Assembly: GCA_963720315.1 (NCBI GenBank)
Contig: CAVRFC010000005.1
Span: forward strand, 863,437-927,436
From: an uncultured Chloroflexia bacterium
GTDB taxonomy: Bacteria > Chloroflexota > Limnocylindria > Limnocylindrales > CSP1-4
Direction of reading: 5' to 3'
DNA length: 64,000 nt
The notes under the pieces are model-generated. The model worked only from the letters and a program-made list of their open reading frames with translations, was not told the origin of the DNA and did not search any database. Position 1 is the stretch's first letter. Each line of letters begins with the position of its first letter. Shown here piece after piece: positions 7,788 to 17,897 of the stretch. A program made the translations under genes and the position numbers.

Positions 7788-9680
7788 CTATGACCGCTGC
7801 ATCACGAAGAACGCGTCGACGGCGAACCACGGCCGGCCCGACGTCCCGAGGGCGCGGACCGTGACCGTATGGCTGCCGTCGGACGTGAAGATCGTCTGGA
7901 GGATTCGCCTCGCCCGGAAGCTGGACGAATAGGTATCGATGGTGACCAGCAGCGCACCGTCGAGGTAGACCTCCGCCTTGCCTCGGGTCGGGCCGGTGGG
8001 CCCGACCAGTCCGAAGCTCGGACCGTTGAACGTGAACGTGACCCTCGAGCCCCTCGTCTCCGAGGCACGCGCCTTGCCACCGAGGTAGTCGGGATGGCCG
8101 GCGGTGACCCACGTACCGGTGTAGGTAGCCGCCGTCTCCTGGGCAACGCTGGCGGTTAGCGTCGGTCCCGTGACCCAGGCAGAGGCCCTATCGGCCTTGT
8201 CGAACGCCCGGACCCGGTAGCGGTAGGCTCGTCCCGGAACCGCGGCGACGATCGCGGATGTCGAGCTGGCGGACGCCAGCGTGACATTGGCCCACGATCC
8301 GCCGTCGATCGACTGCTGGAGCTGGTACAGCGCCAGCGTCGTGGCGTCGCCGGTGAGCTTCCACGAGGTGTAGAGCGGCACGGTCCCGGCCGCGAACGAC
8401 AAGCCACCGGGAATCCGCGTTGATGGACCGGTCGTCCCGACGGTGGCCGTTCCGGAAACCGGCGTCGGTATCGGCGTTGGTGTCGGGGTCGGGGCCGGTG
8501 TCGGCGCAGGTGTCGGGTCCGTACCGCTGGCATTCGGGCCGTAGATCCAGTCGGTGAACCCGAAGTTCTTGCCGAACCGGACCGGCGGCGAGAGCTTGTA
8601 GCTCGTGCCGTACCGGGCGTCGAGCAGCCAGGTCTGCCACTCGTCATCGTCAGTCGCCGGCCACTTCGCTCGGTTGTAGAGGAATCGGACGGCTCGCAGC
8701 AGTGCCTTGTTCTCCCAGTTCCAGCTGTCGTAGCCGGCGACGCGGAGGAGCTCCGCCTGGAGAAGGGCGCCCTGCAGGCTTTCCCACGGATACCCGGTTC
8801 CGGTCGGCGGCCAGCGGAACGAACCGCCGCGGCGCATGTCGTCCGGGATGACGCCGTCGATGCTGATGCCGGCCTTCAAACAGCCGGTTGGGTTGATTCC
8901 CACCGGTTTCGCCGCATTGCACTGCCACGTCAGGTCGTCGCCGAAGTTGAATCCGGCGTACGTGGCGCGCGATCCGAGGAACCCCCGGAAGACCGTTGCC
9001 GCTCGCACCATCTGCGCCGTATCGCCGAGGTAGGCGGCTATCGCGACTCGGGCGGCGCCCGCATGGTTGCCCCAGTTGTTAGGGCGCTTCTCGTGGGTCA
9101 TGACGAGCGTCTGCCCATCGAGCACCTTCGTGAGCAGAGAGCGAAGCCAGGGCCTGAACCTCTCGTTGAATGCCGGGTCGGCGGTCTTCAGCGAGATCAG
9201 GTCGGCGGCGATCACGAGGCTCGGCAGGTTACGTCCGAGCGCGAGCGTCCGCCCGCCGACTTCGGTGCCTTTGGCTGCCTTCAACGCCGCGATGACGGCC
9301 GTTCGATAGCTGACGGTCCCGGTCCGCGCATACACCAGCGCCTTGGCCAGGACGGTGATGTCCGAATTCTCGTCCTGGTCGGACAGGGTCAGGGTGCCGA
9401 CGGCCTGATCGGCCACGGCCTTCAGGCCTCTCCAGGCCGCGCCCGACATCGGCTTCGTCCGAAGGGTGGCCGCCGAGACGAGCACGGGCCGAGTGGCGGC
9501 CTCAGCGCTATCAAGTCCCGGATCGACGAACAGTTGCGAGAGGATCAGCGTGGCGGCGAGAAGGACCTGTCCGACCACGATGACGCTGCGGTGACGGTTT
9601 CTGCGAGGTAGACCGAGGGTGACTCCCCCGGCCGCTTGACGTGGCGCCCTCTGGGCGCCGTTGGGCGGAATCCCCGACAT
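7788..9680 (-). CDS. Secreted polysaccharide-lyase-like protein (alginate-lyase/heparinase-type alpha-toroid) + Pro/Thr linker + FN3-like + beta-sandwich CBM-like domain (paralog 1)
   Basis: Signal anchor IVVGQVLLAATLIL; HEKRPNNWGNHAG motif shared with 17898..19565 and 38605..40595; [15 protein letters not shown] linker; C-terminal GPTGPTRGKAEVYLDG beta-sandwich. ATG at 9680 preferred over the ORF maximum at 9827. Confidence 0.75.
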   Translation of the reverse strand: MSGIPPNGAQRAPRQAAGGVTLGLPRRNRHRSVIVVGQVLLAATLILSQLFVDPGLDSAEAATRPVLVSAATLRTKPMSGAAWRGLKAVADQAVGTLTLSDQDENSDITVLAKALVYARTGTVSYRTAVIAALKAAKGTEVGGRTLALGRNLPSLVIAADLISLKTADPAFNERFRPWLRSLLTKVLDGQTLVMTHEKRPNNWGNHAGAARVAIAAYLGDTAQMVRAATVFRGFLGSRATYAGFNFGDDLTWQCNAAKPVGINPTGCLKAGISIDGVIPDDMRRGGSFRWPPTGTGYPWESLQGALLQAELLRVAGYDSWNWENKALLRAVRFLYNRAKWPATDDDEWQTWLLDARYGTSYKLSPPVRFGKNFGFTDWIYGPNASGTDPTPAPTPAPTPTPTPIPTPVSGTATVGTTGPSTRIPGGLSFAAGTVPLYTSWKLTGDATTLALYQLQQSIDGGSWANVTLASASSTSAIVAAVPGRAYRYRVRAFDKADRASAWVTGPTLTASVAQETAATYTGTWVTAGHPDYLGGKARASETRGSRVTFTFNGPSFGLVGPTGPTRGKAEVYLDGALLVTIDTYSSSFRARRILQTIFTSDGSHTVTVRALGTSGRPWFAVDAFFVMQRS

Positions 9681-9864
9681 CCTGCTCCCTTCTACCAGAA
9701 CGACACGCTGGGGCGTGCCGAACGAAGTTATGGCCCGGCCGCTCGGAGGGCGGGGCAATTGACGGTAGAACGGGTGCTGCGCGTGACCTCGCGCCTGGGG
9801 GTCGCCCGTCCTGACCGTAGTTTGCACCGCGCGTCAAATCCGGCCCTACCCCGGTCGTTGACCG

Positions 9865-10038
9865 TCTGGTCCGCTAGGCGGACCAACGGACGAACGGGAC
9901 CATGGAACCGCGCCGAATTGAACCGCTCCTCCGTGTGCCGGTCCTGTAGCCGGACCAAGTGACGAACGAAGCTGGGAATCCGGGTTGACTGGAGCATCCC
10001 ACCCGCTCGTTGGTCCGCCAGCCGGACCAAGGCGACCG
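9865..10038 (+). repeat. Copy C of the ~172-nt three-hairpin repeat
   Basis: Same architecture as copies A and B, slightly more diverged in hairpin 2. Lies upstream of the lyase-like gene and before the ACAD gene. Confidence 0.8.
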
Positions 10039-10109
10039 GCCCAGAGCCGTCGTCTCGTCGCTCGGGACGCTTGGAACGACGGTGCGGCCGGCGCATCATG
10101 CTCCGACCG

Positions 10110-11286
10110 ATGGACCTGACGCTCGATCCAGGACAGCTCGAGCTCCAGGCGCGCGCCCGGGCGTTCGTCATCGATGTGCTCCAGCCGCTCGAGGAGGAGT
10201 TCGAGCGAGCGAACGGGCGGCTTTCACGGAAACAGGGGAGCGACCTTCGCAACGCCGCGATCGAGGCCCGACTTCAGGGCGGCTCGCTGCCGCGGGAGGT
10301 CGGTGGCCAGGGCTGGACGGTCCTGGAGCAGGTGATCGTTCATGAGCAGCTGGGCCAGGTCACGGGTGGGCTCTGGTCGTACATCCCCGGCGCCTACAAC
10401 GCGCTGGTCCACGCGACGCCGGAGCAGCGCGAGCGGTACCTCGATCCCTCGCTCCGCGGCGAGCGGTCCGGCAGCTACGCCGTCACCGAGGAGGCCGCCG
10501 GCTCCGACGCCCGAACGCTCGCGGCGACCGCGATGCGAGACAAGGCCACCGGGGACTACATCCTCAACGGCGAGAAGTGGTTCGTCACAGGCCCCGACGA
10601 CACCGATTTCATGATTTTCCACTGCGTCGTGGTCGACGGCGACAAACGGCTGCCGACGCTCTTCCTCGTCGATTACGACACGCCGGGCGTGACGCTGAAG
10701 CACGACCCGGACTACATGCACACGTTCGCCGACCGCCACCCGCAGTTCGTCCTCGACGACGTCCGGGTGCCAGCGACCGCGGTGCTGGGCGCGGTGGGGG
10801 AGGCCGACGCGCTGACAAACGAGTGGTTCGTCGAGGAGCGGATCCACATCGGGGCGCGCTGCAGCGGGGCGATGGAGCGGCTCCTGGCGCTGGCAGTCGA
10901 ATGGGCCACGAGCCGGCGACAGTTCGGCGAACGGATCTACGACTTCCAGGGCGTCTCGTTCCCGCTCGCCGACTCGGCCGCGGACGCGTCCGCCGCGCGG
11001 CTCCTCACCCGCGAGGCGGCCTGGCTCGCGGACACCGGCGCGGACCCAGAAGGTCGTTCACGCCAAGGCGTCGCTCGCCAAGCTGTTCGCCTCGGAGGCC
11101 GCGTTTCGGTGCGCCGACCGCGTCGTCCAGGTCTTCGGTGGCCGCGGTTACATGCGCGAGTTCCCGGCCGAGCGCTTCTTCCGCGAGCTGCGTGTCGACC
11201 GGATCTGGGAAGGCACCTCGGAGATCCAGCGATTGATCGTCGCCCGGGCGATGGAGACGCGCGGCGTGTCGAGGGTCGTCGGGTGA
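10110..11286 (+). pseudogene. Acyl-CoA dehydrogenase, reading frame broken near 11047 (possible sequencing indel)
   Basis: N-terminal 310 aa lie in frame 3 (YAVTEEAAGSDA, GEKWFVTG). The C-terminus KVVHAKASLAKLFASEAAFRCADRVVQVFGGRGYMREFPAERFFRELRVDRIWEGTSEIQRLIVAR continues in frame 1 and ends with TGA at 11284-11286. Confidence 0.85.
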
Positions 11287-13519
11287 GCGCGGAGGCGAAG
11301 GCGACCGAGGTGCCGACCGTCGCGCCGACGACGCCGCGGGCCATTGACCTTCGGCCCCTCTTCGCTCCTCGCTCCATCGCCGTCGTCGGCGCGTCGCCGC
11401 GGAGTGGCATCGCCAAGATCGTCCAGCACAACCTGACGGTCATGAAGAGCGCGACCCGCTGCCACTTCGTCAACCCGCGCTACGACGAGCTCTACGACCA
11501 GCCGTGCTACCCGTCGCTCGACGCGCTGCCCGGAGATCCCGGACACGGTCCTCGTGGCGCTCAATCCGCTCCGGGCGGCCGCCGTCACCGAGGAGGCCGC
11601 CCTGGCCGGCGTCCCGAGCGTGATCATCCCCGGCGGCGGCGTCGTCGAGGGCGGCGAGGCGGCAGCCCAGATGCAGCGCGATGTCCGCGAGATCGCGGTC
11701 CGCCACGGGATCGCCCTCCTCGGCCCGAACTGCATGGGCATGATCGACCTGACGACGAACGCGGCGACCTACATCGGGGATGTCAATCCGTGGCTGCCGC
11801 GGGGCGGCGTCGCGGGCATCGCCCAGTCGGGTTCGGTGACGGACGCGTTCATCCACTCCGGGTCGCGGATCGGCTTCTCGCGGGTCATCGGCTGCGGCAG
11901 CGAGGTCGTCCTCGATGCCTGCGACTTCCTCGCCTACTGCCTCGACGACCCCGAGACCCACTCGGTCATCCTGTTCATGGAGGGCTTCAAGCGGCCGGAG
12001 CGGTTCCTCGCCCTCGCCGATCACGCGCTCGAGCTCGGCAAGCCGATCATGGTCGTCAAGGTCGGACGCAGTCCGCAGGCGCAGGCCGCGGCGGTCGCCC
12101 ACTCGGGCTCGCTCGCGGGCGAGGACCGGGCAACCGATGCCGCGCTGCGGGCGGCGGGTGTCATCCGCTGCGACGACCTCGACGAGCTCCTCGAGACCGC
12201 GGAGCTCGTCGCCGGCTGCCGCCGGCTCGGGCGGAGCGTTGGCCGCGGTCGGACGGGTGTCGTGACCGTGTCGACGGGCGAGGCCTCGCTCATCGCCGAC
12301 CTCGCGCCGCGAACCGGCATCGACCTGCCACCGGTCCCGGCGGAAACCCGCGCCCGGCTGCTGCGCGACCTTCCGACGCTCGGCTACGTCGGCAACCCGC
12401 TGGACCCATGGGGCGCCACGGACCCGACGACGGCCTACGCCGCGGCGTTCGATGCGTTCGCCGATTCCGGCGCCTACGACGTCCTCGCGATCGTCCACGA
12501 CTTCCCGTACCGATCCCTTCCCGGCGAGGTCGAGGTCGCGCACGCCGTGACGGATGAGCTGATCCGCGCCACGGCGGATCGTCCCGAGCTCATGCCGGTG
12601 TACATCTCCCTGACCTCGGGCGAGCCGCCGCCGGAGACGAAGCGCCATCTCGACGAATCAGGCGGCGTGCCGATCCTCCGGGGAACCGTCGAGGCGTTCA
12701 CGGCCATCGCCTCGCTGGCCGCCTGGGAGGGCGCCCGAACCCGACGGATCGACGGAGGCCCGATCCGGACGGGCTGGCCGGCGCTGGCCTCCGACCGGAC
12801 GCCGTGGGGCTTTGACACCGACATGGCAACCGGGAGCGCGCCCAGCGCCGGTGATGCCCGCGCCCTCTCCGAGCGCGAGAGCCTGGCCATCCTCGCCGCC
12901 GCCGGCATCCCCGTGGTCTCGGCGCGCTCCGCCGCCGACGCCGATGCCGCCGTCGCGGCCGCCGCCGAGATCGGGGGCAGCGTCGCCCTCAAGCTCGACG
13001 CCGAGGGCCTCGCCCACAAGAGCGACGTCGGCGCGGTGAGGCTGGACCTTGCCGGCGACGACGCGGTCCGCCGCGCCGCCCAGGAGCTGCTCGCGCTCGG
13101 CGCGGGGCTGGCGGCCGAAGGATCGGCCACGATCCGTGGCTTGCTCGTCGAGCCGATGGCCCCGCCCGGCCTCGAGCTCATCGCCGGCGTCAGCCGCGAC
13201 CCGCAGTTCGGCCCGATCGTCCTCGTCGGCATCGGCGGCGTCCTGGCCGAGGTCCTCGACGACGTCTCACTCCGCCTCGCACCGGTGTCCTCGAGCGAAG
13301 CGCTGGCGATGCTCGCGGAGCTCCGCGGCGCGAGACTCCTGGACGTCACCAGGGGCCGGCCGGCGATCGATCGCGAGGCCGTCGCCTCGATCCTCGTCGC
13401 GCTCGGGCGCGCTGGCCGTGGCGCGCCCGGACATCCGGGCGATCGATCTCAATCCCGTCATCGCCGGCCCTGAAGGTGCGATCGCGGTCGACGCCCTCGT
13501 CGTCCTGGAGCCCGGATGA
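11283..13519 (+). pseudogene. ADP-forming acetyl/acyl-CoA synthetase (CoA-binding + succinyl-CoA-synthetase-like + ATP-grasp fusion), two frame breaks (~11535 and ~13400)
   Basis: GTG at 11283 overlaps the ACAD stop (GTGA). RSIAVVGASPRSG lies in frame 3, the main body 11554..13473 in frame 1 (LLGPNCMGMI, GIAQSGS), and the C-terminus ALAVARPDIRAIDLNPVIAGPEGAIAVDALVVLEPG in frame 2, ending at 13519. Confidence 0.85.
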
Positions 13520-14355
13520 GCGGCGACGCCGACCTCGTCCTGCGCGAGCCGACGTCGTGGGGCGTCCGGCTCACGCTCAATCGGCCGGCCAAGCTCAACG
13601 CGATCAGCAAGGAGCTGCGCGAGGCGCTCACCGAGGCGATCGAGGAGGCGACGAACGACGACGCGGTCCGGGTCATCGCCATCGCCGGAGCCGGCCGCGC
13701 GTTCTGCGCGGGCTACGACCTGTCCGAGGGCCAGCCGGAGAGTGCCTGGGAGTGGCGCGCGGTCCTCGGCGAGGACGTCGCTGCGACACTCGCCGTCTGG
13801 CGCTGCCCGAAGCCGGTGATCGCCCAGGTCCACGGCTACGCCCTGGCCGGCGGCCTCGAGCTGGCGATGGCCTGCGACCTCATCGTCGCGTCGGAGGATG
13901 CCCGGTTGGGCGAACCGGAAATAAGGTTCGGGTCCGCGCCCGTGACCCTCCTGATGCCGTTCCTCATCGGCCAGAAGAAGACCCGCGAGCTGTTGATGAC
14001 GGGCGACCTGATCGATGCCCGCGAGGCGGAGCGGATCGGCCTCATCAACCGTGTAGTCCCCGCCGGACAACTTGTCGCGGAGGTCGATGCGCTGGCGGAC
14101 CGCCTCGCCCGGGTCCCGCCAGACGTCATGGCCCCGACGAAGCTGATGCTCAACCGGGCGATGGAGGTCGCCGGCTTCGCCGAGGCCGTCGAGCTGGGAC
14201 TCGACATCCAGTCGTTCATCAACATGTCGGAGACGTCCCGGGCGTTCGACGAGATCGTCCGGCGCGATGGGCTCAAGGCCGCCCTCGCCTGGCGCGACGA
14301 GCGCTACGACGAGCGCCTGCGCGACGCGGGGAAGGCGCCAGACACGACGGCCTGA
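13516..14355 (+). CDS. Enoyl-CoA hydratase/isomerase (crotonase) family
   Basis: VIAIAGAGRAFCAGYDL and GYALAGGLELAMACD are crotonase oxyanion-hole motifs. The ATG overlaps the upstream stop (ATGA). Confidence 0.9.
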   Translation: MSGDADLVLREPTSWGVRLTLNRPAKLNAISKELREALTEAIEEATNDDAVRVIAIAGAGRAFCAGYDLSEGQPESAWEWRAVLGEDVAATLAVWRCPKPVIAQVHGYALAGGLELAMACDLIVASEDARLGEPEIRFGSAPVTLLMPFLIGQKKTRELLMTGDLIDAREAERIGLINRVVPAGQLVAEVDALADRLARVPPDVMAPTKLMLNRAMEVAGFAEAVELGLDIQSFINMSETSRAFDEIVRRDGLKAALAWRDERYDERLRDAGKAPDTTA

Positions 14356-14641
14356 GGGCGCGTCCGGACTTCGGACCGGTGCACGCGCGCGCCACGCCAG
14401 TCCCGGCCCCGGACCGCGCACCTCGCAACGCCTCCGCACCCTACCCGCCATGACGAAGGTACTGCCATTCGTGGTCCCCTCGTCCTGTATCTGTCTACGT
14501 CGTTTGAGCCTGACTATCGGGTGGAACGGCGTCACCCGTTCGGGCAATGCGAATCCCTTGTCGCCCGCAGACGTCCGGTCCAATTACCGCACTGGTTCTC
14601 GGCGTATGCCGAGCCCGCCAACGACGAAGGGGAATGCCCGA

Positions 14642-15235
14642 ATGGATCAACTCGTTATCGAGCGCAGGGTCGAGCGCCGCCGGAAGCGGCGCCGCGGGAT
14701 CGTCGCGCTCCTTGCCGCGCTCTCGGCCCTGACGATCGGCGCCGGCTCCGTCTCCCTCGCGCTGTTCACCGATCAGGACAGCTCGACGTGGTCGTTCACG
14801 ACCGGCACGATCGACATCGAGTCGAACCCGGCGGTCATGGCCGCGATCACCGCGATGATGCCCGGCGATGTCGTGGCCGATAGCCTGACGATCTCGAATG
14901 CCGGGACCGCCGACTTCCGCTACGCAATGACGACCACCGCGACGAACGCGCTCGGCGACGAGCTCGACGTCGAGGTCCGCGAGGAGGATCTCGACGGCGC
15001 CTGCGACGACTTCGACGGTGCCGTCGTCGTCCTCGGTGGCACGCCGCTCGACGGCGCCGGTTTCGGCAGCGCCGCCCAGGGCGCCGACGCGGGCGACCGC
15101 GTCCTCACGGGTGGCTCAAGCGAGGTCCTGTGCTTCCAGGTGAGCCTGGCGCTCACCACGGACAACACGTTCCAGGGCGCCACGTCGCTCGCCACCTTCT
15201 TGTTCCTCGCCGAGCAGACCGCGAACAACCCCTAA
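14642..15235 (+). CDS. TasA/camelysin-like secreted protein with a SipW-dependent-type signal peptide
   Basis: RRGIVALLAALSALTIGAGSVSLALFTDQDSSTWSFTTGTIDIES parallels the B. subtilis TasA signal and first strand (GGGTWAAFNDIKSKDATFASGTLDLSA). Lies directly upstream of a SipW-type peptidase. Confidence 0.75.
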   Translation: MDQLVIERRVERRRKRRRGIVALLAALSALTIGAGSVSLALFTDQDSSTWSFTTGTIDIESNPAVMAAITAMMPGDVVADSLTISNAGTADFRYAMTTTATNALGDELDVEVREEDLDGACDDFDGAVVVLGGTPLDGAGFGSAAQGADAGDRVLTGGSSEVLCFQVSLALTTDNTFQGATSLATFLFLAEQTANNP

Positions 15236-15332
15236 ACCGCACGTCGGCTGCGCTGCGCTGCGACCTGCCATTCGGCGGGTCGCAGCCCAGTTCCCGGCCG
15301 GCGATCGCTCGATCACTCAACCGGAGGCAACC

Positions 15333-16073
15333 ATGAGGATCCTCGCGTCGGCGACTGCCGGCCTGCGGCGATTCCTCGACCTCCTGCTCATCGGACTCGT
15401 CCTCGCCGTGCTGGTGGGCATCCTGCTCGCCAAGCTCGTCCCACTCACCGGCCGCCAGACGATCATCGTCGGCGGCTCGTCCATGGAGCCAGCCATCGGG
15501 CTGGGCGCCGCGATCGTCATCAGGCCCGTTCCGGCCGAGGCACTCGCCGTCGGCGACGTCGTCACGCTGCACGCCGGCGAGAAGAACGCCATCTACACGC
15601 ACCGGATCATCGAGGTCGTCGACCGGCCGGACGGCCGCTGGATCCGGACGCAGGGGGACGCCAACGCCACCCCCGACCCGACGCTGGTCCACGCTTCGGC
15701 AGTCGTGGGCCGGACCGAACTGGCGATCCCCTTCGCCGGATACCTGCTCGCGCTGCTGTCGATCCCGACCGGGGTCCTGTTCCTCGTCGGCGTCGCCGCG
15801 ACGCTGCTCGCGGCGGCGTGGTTGCTGGAGTCGCTCGAACTGGAGCAGACGTCCAGGGTCACGATGACGCTCGTGCCGGGAACCGACCGCGGCCAGGGCG
15901 AACCCATTGCCGCCCGGCCGGTCGCGCCACGGGACCTCGCGCCCGATGGCGGCTTCCTGGGCGGTGCCGGCCTGACCCGGGCCGAGAAGCTCGCCTTCAT
16001 GCGAACCTCGAGGCAGCCCCGGAGCTCGTCGATGCAGACCGCGTCGAGGCGGACCACCCGCCGGCCCGGCTGA
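15333..16073 (+). CDS. Signal peptidase I, SipW/archaeal-ER type (S26B)
   Basis: IVGGSSMEPAIGLGAAIVI (catalytic Ser box), YTHRII, RTQGDAN, a C-terminal TM helix and a long tail. GGAGG RBS 7 nt before the ATG. Confidence 0.85.
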   Translation: MRILASATAGLRRFLDLLLIGLVLAVLVGILLAKLVPLTGRQTIIVGGSSMEPAIGLGAAIVIRPVPAEALAVGDVVTLHAGEKNAIYTHRIIEVVDRPDGRWIRTQGDANATPDPTLVHASAVVGRTELAIPFAGYLLALLSIPTGVLFLVGVAATLLAAAWLLESLELEQTSRVTMTLVPGTDRGQGEPIAARPVAPRDLAPDGGFLGGAGLTRAEKLAFMRTSRQPRSSSMQTASRRTTRRPG

Positions 16074-16083
16074 CGGGCGACAC

Positions 16084-17013
16084 GTGCGCAAGCGGTTCGT
16101 CCTGTCGGCCCTGCTCGTTGCCGTCGCCCTCATGGGTGTGACCGGCCAGGGGACGCTCGCCCGCCTCACCGACCAGGACGCCTCGACCGTCTCCTTCTCG
16201 ACCGACACGCTCGCGCCGCCGACGAACCTCGCCGCGGCCCCGATCGGCCTGACGGCGAGCCTCACCTGGACCCCCAGCGTCGACGGCTACGCGGCCGGCT
16301 ACGAGATCTGGCGGAGCACGACGAGCGGCAGCGGCTATGCGCTGGTCGGGACGGCGACGCCGGGCAGCGCCTCGAGCGCCAGCGACGCCGCCGGCGTGGG
16401 GCTCTTCTACTACGTCCTCCGCTCGTACTTCCAGAACTGGCGCAGCGTCAACAGCAACGAGACGAGCGTGACGATATCGCTGGGCTCGGTCAGCACCGGG
16501 CCCAAGGCTTGCGGCACGAGCGCGGCGGACACCGGTGGCGACGGCAACGGCTACGAGACCGGCACCGCCAGCGCCTGCGCCGACGACAGCGTGATGGCGA
16601 CCGACGTCAACACCGGGACGGCCGCCCGCTCGACGGCCTGCGCGAACGCTGCCAACGACCGCCACCGGTTCCGCGACTTCTCACTGGGCGTGCCCGGCGG
16701 CCTGACCCTCGTCACCGGCATCGAGGTCCGGGCCGACGTCGGAATGAACAACAACGGTGGCACGTCGCGCCTCTGCGTCGAGCTGTCGGGTGACGGCGGA
16801 TCGACCTGGACCGCTGCCAAGGTCCTGACGCTGACGAGTGCCGCGGAGACGACGTACCTGTACGGCGGCGCGGCCGACACCTGGGGCAAGGTCTGGGCGG
16901 CCGGCGAGTTCAGCAACGCCAACTTCCGGGTTCGGTTCACCGATGCGACGAACCAGCCGAACAAGGACTACCTGCTCGACCACGTCTCGGTGAACGTCAC
17001 CTACGTGCCCTAG
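16084..17013 (+). CDS. Second SipW-type-signal protein with an FN3-like domain and an uncharacterised C-terminal domain
   Basis: MRKRFVLSALLVAVALMGVTGQGTLARLTDQDASTVSFSTDTL is the same signal class as 14642..15235. Then LTASLTWTPSVDGYAAGYEIWRS (FN3-like). Confidence 0.7.
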   Translation: MRKRFVLSALLVAVALMGVTGQGTLARLTDQDASTVSFSTDTLAPPTNLAAAPIGLTASLTWTPSVDGYAAGYEIWRSTTSGSGYALVGTATPGSASSASDAAGVGLFYYVLRSYFQNWRSVNSNETSVTISLGSVSTGPKACGTSAADTGGDGNGYETGTASACADDSVMATDVNTGTAARSTACANAANDRHRFRDFSLGVPGGLTLVTGIEVRADVGMNNNGGTSRLCVELSGDGGSTWTAAKVLTLTSAAETTYLYGGAADTWGKVWAAGEFSNANFRVRFTDATNQPNKDYLLDHVSVNVTYVP

Positions 17014-17465
17014 GCGCCCTCGAAGGCCTCGATCGCCGCCCGGTACCGCGGCGGGATCGGCGTCGGGTGCCGCTCGGCGACCTCGATCAGCACGAGCGTC
17101 TGGACGGCCGTGCACATCAGGCGGTCATCGTCGACGCGGTAGGCGGCACACTCGACGGTCGCGCTCGAGCGGCCGATCCGGGACGTCCGGACGAAGACCT
17201 CCAGCAGGTCGTCGAAGACAGCGGGCGCCTCGTACTCGACGCTCATCGCCCGCATCACGAACTCCTGCTCGCCCTGCCACAGCGCTCGCAGCCCGAGATG
17301 GCGGTGGTACTCGAGCCGGGCGTGATCGAAATAGGGCAGGTACCGGCCGTAGTAGACGACGCCCTGGGCATCGGTGTCGGAGAACCACACCCGGGCGTGG
17401 GCCGAAAACCGGAAGGGCGGCTTGCGGTCCGTGGGTCCCGCGTCATAGATGTCACGATTGGTCAT
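17010..17465 (-). CDS. Acyl-CoA thioesterase, 4HBT/YbgC family
   Basis: ARVWFSDTDAQGVVYYGRYLPYFDHARLEYHRHLG is the hot-dog thioesterase signature. ATG at 17465 preferred over the ORF maximum at 17555. Confidence 0.85.
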   Translation of the reverse strand: MTNRDIYDAGPTDRKPPFRFSAHARVWFSDTDAQGVVYYGRYLPYFDHARLEYHRHLGLRALWQGEQEFVMRAMSVEYEAPAVFDDLLEVFVRTSRIGRSSATVECAAYRVDDDRLMCTAVQTLVLIEVAERHPTPIPPRYRAAIEAFEGA

Positions 17466-17897
17466 CGGGCGATCGTACGCGAGTCCCCGATCGCCGATCT
17501 CGTCGAGGATGCCCGGGCCCGCGCCGGGCTGGGTGGTGCGCCGGCGCGCCAGCAACTCGCGATTGAGACGCCTGCGGATCGCCAGTGGGGGCGACGTACG
17601 TACCGCACCCTAGCGCACCCTCCGTATCAGGACCCCCAACGAACACGCCAGCCGCCGACGGACCAAGGTCGGGCTTGGCCCGGAGTGGATCGTCGGGCAA
17701 GGTAGGGGAGTCGCATTCCGCTGACCCTCAGCTCCGGAATGCGCGACCAAAGGCACACCCGTCGCGAGGCGGGGTCGCAAAGCTTCGGACCTGGGAACAG
17801 GTGGCCGGGCTGCCGTCTGAGCTAGCCGCGACGTCACAGCGGCAAATCGGTAGCACCGCCTCCTGCCCGCACGGGCCCGCCGGTAGGAGTCGCCCCC

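Noticed and set aside
8440-8510. Short periodic DNA repeats here, at 18360-18600, 44330-44410 and 51150-51200, considered as CRISPR-like or VNTR arrays.
   Set aside because: All lie inside coding regions and encode Pro/Thr(/Ala) linkers (PTPAPTPTP…). There is no repeat-spacer architecture and there are no cas genes.
6666-10038. Interpretation of the three repeats as integron attC sites bracketing gene cassettes.
   Set aside because: The appeal is single promoter-less genes of the same orientation between imperfect inverted-repeat elements. However, no intI-like tyrosine recombinase or attI/Pc is present in the window. The ends (…GTTGGTC… / …GACCAAC…) do not fit the GTTRRRY / RYYYAAC core consensus. 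The element also has three hairpins rather than one bulged stem. Kept only as a remote possibility under the repeat finding.
15153-16265. 370-aa minus-strand ORF opposite the SipW-type peptidase.
   Set aside because: The plus strand carries the catalytic GSSMEP box and a proper RBS. The minus-strand translation is low-complexity.
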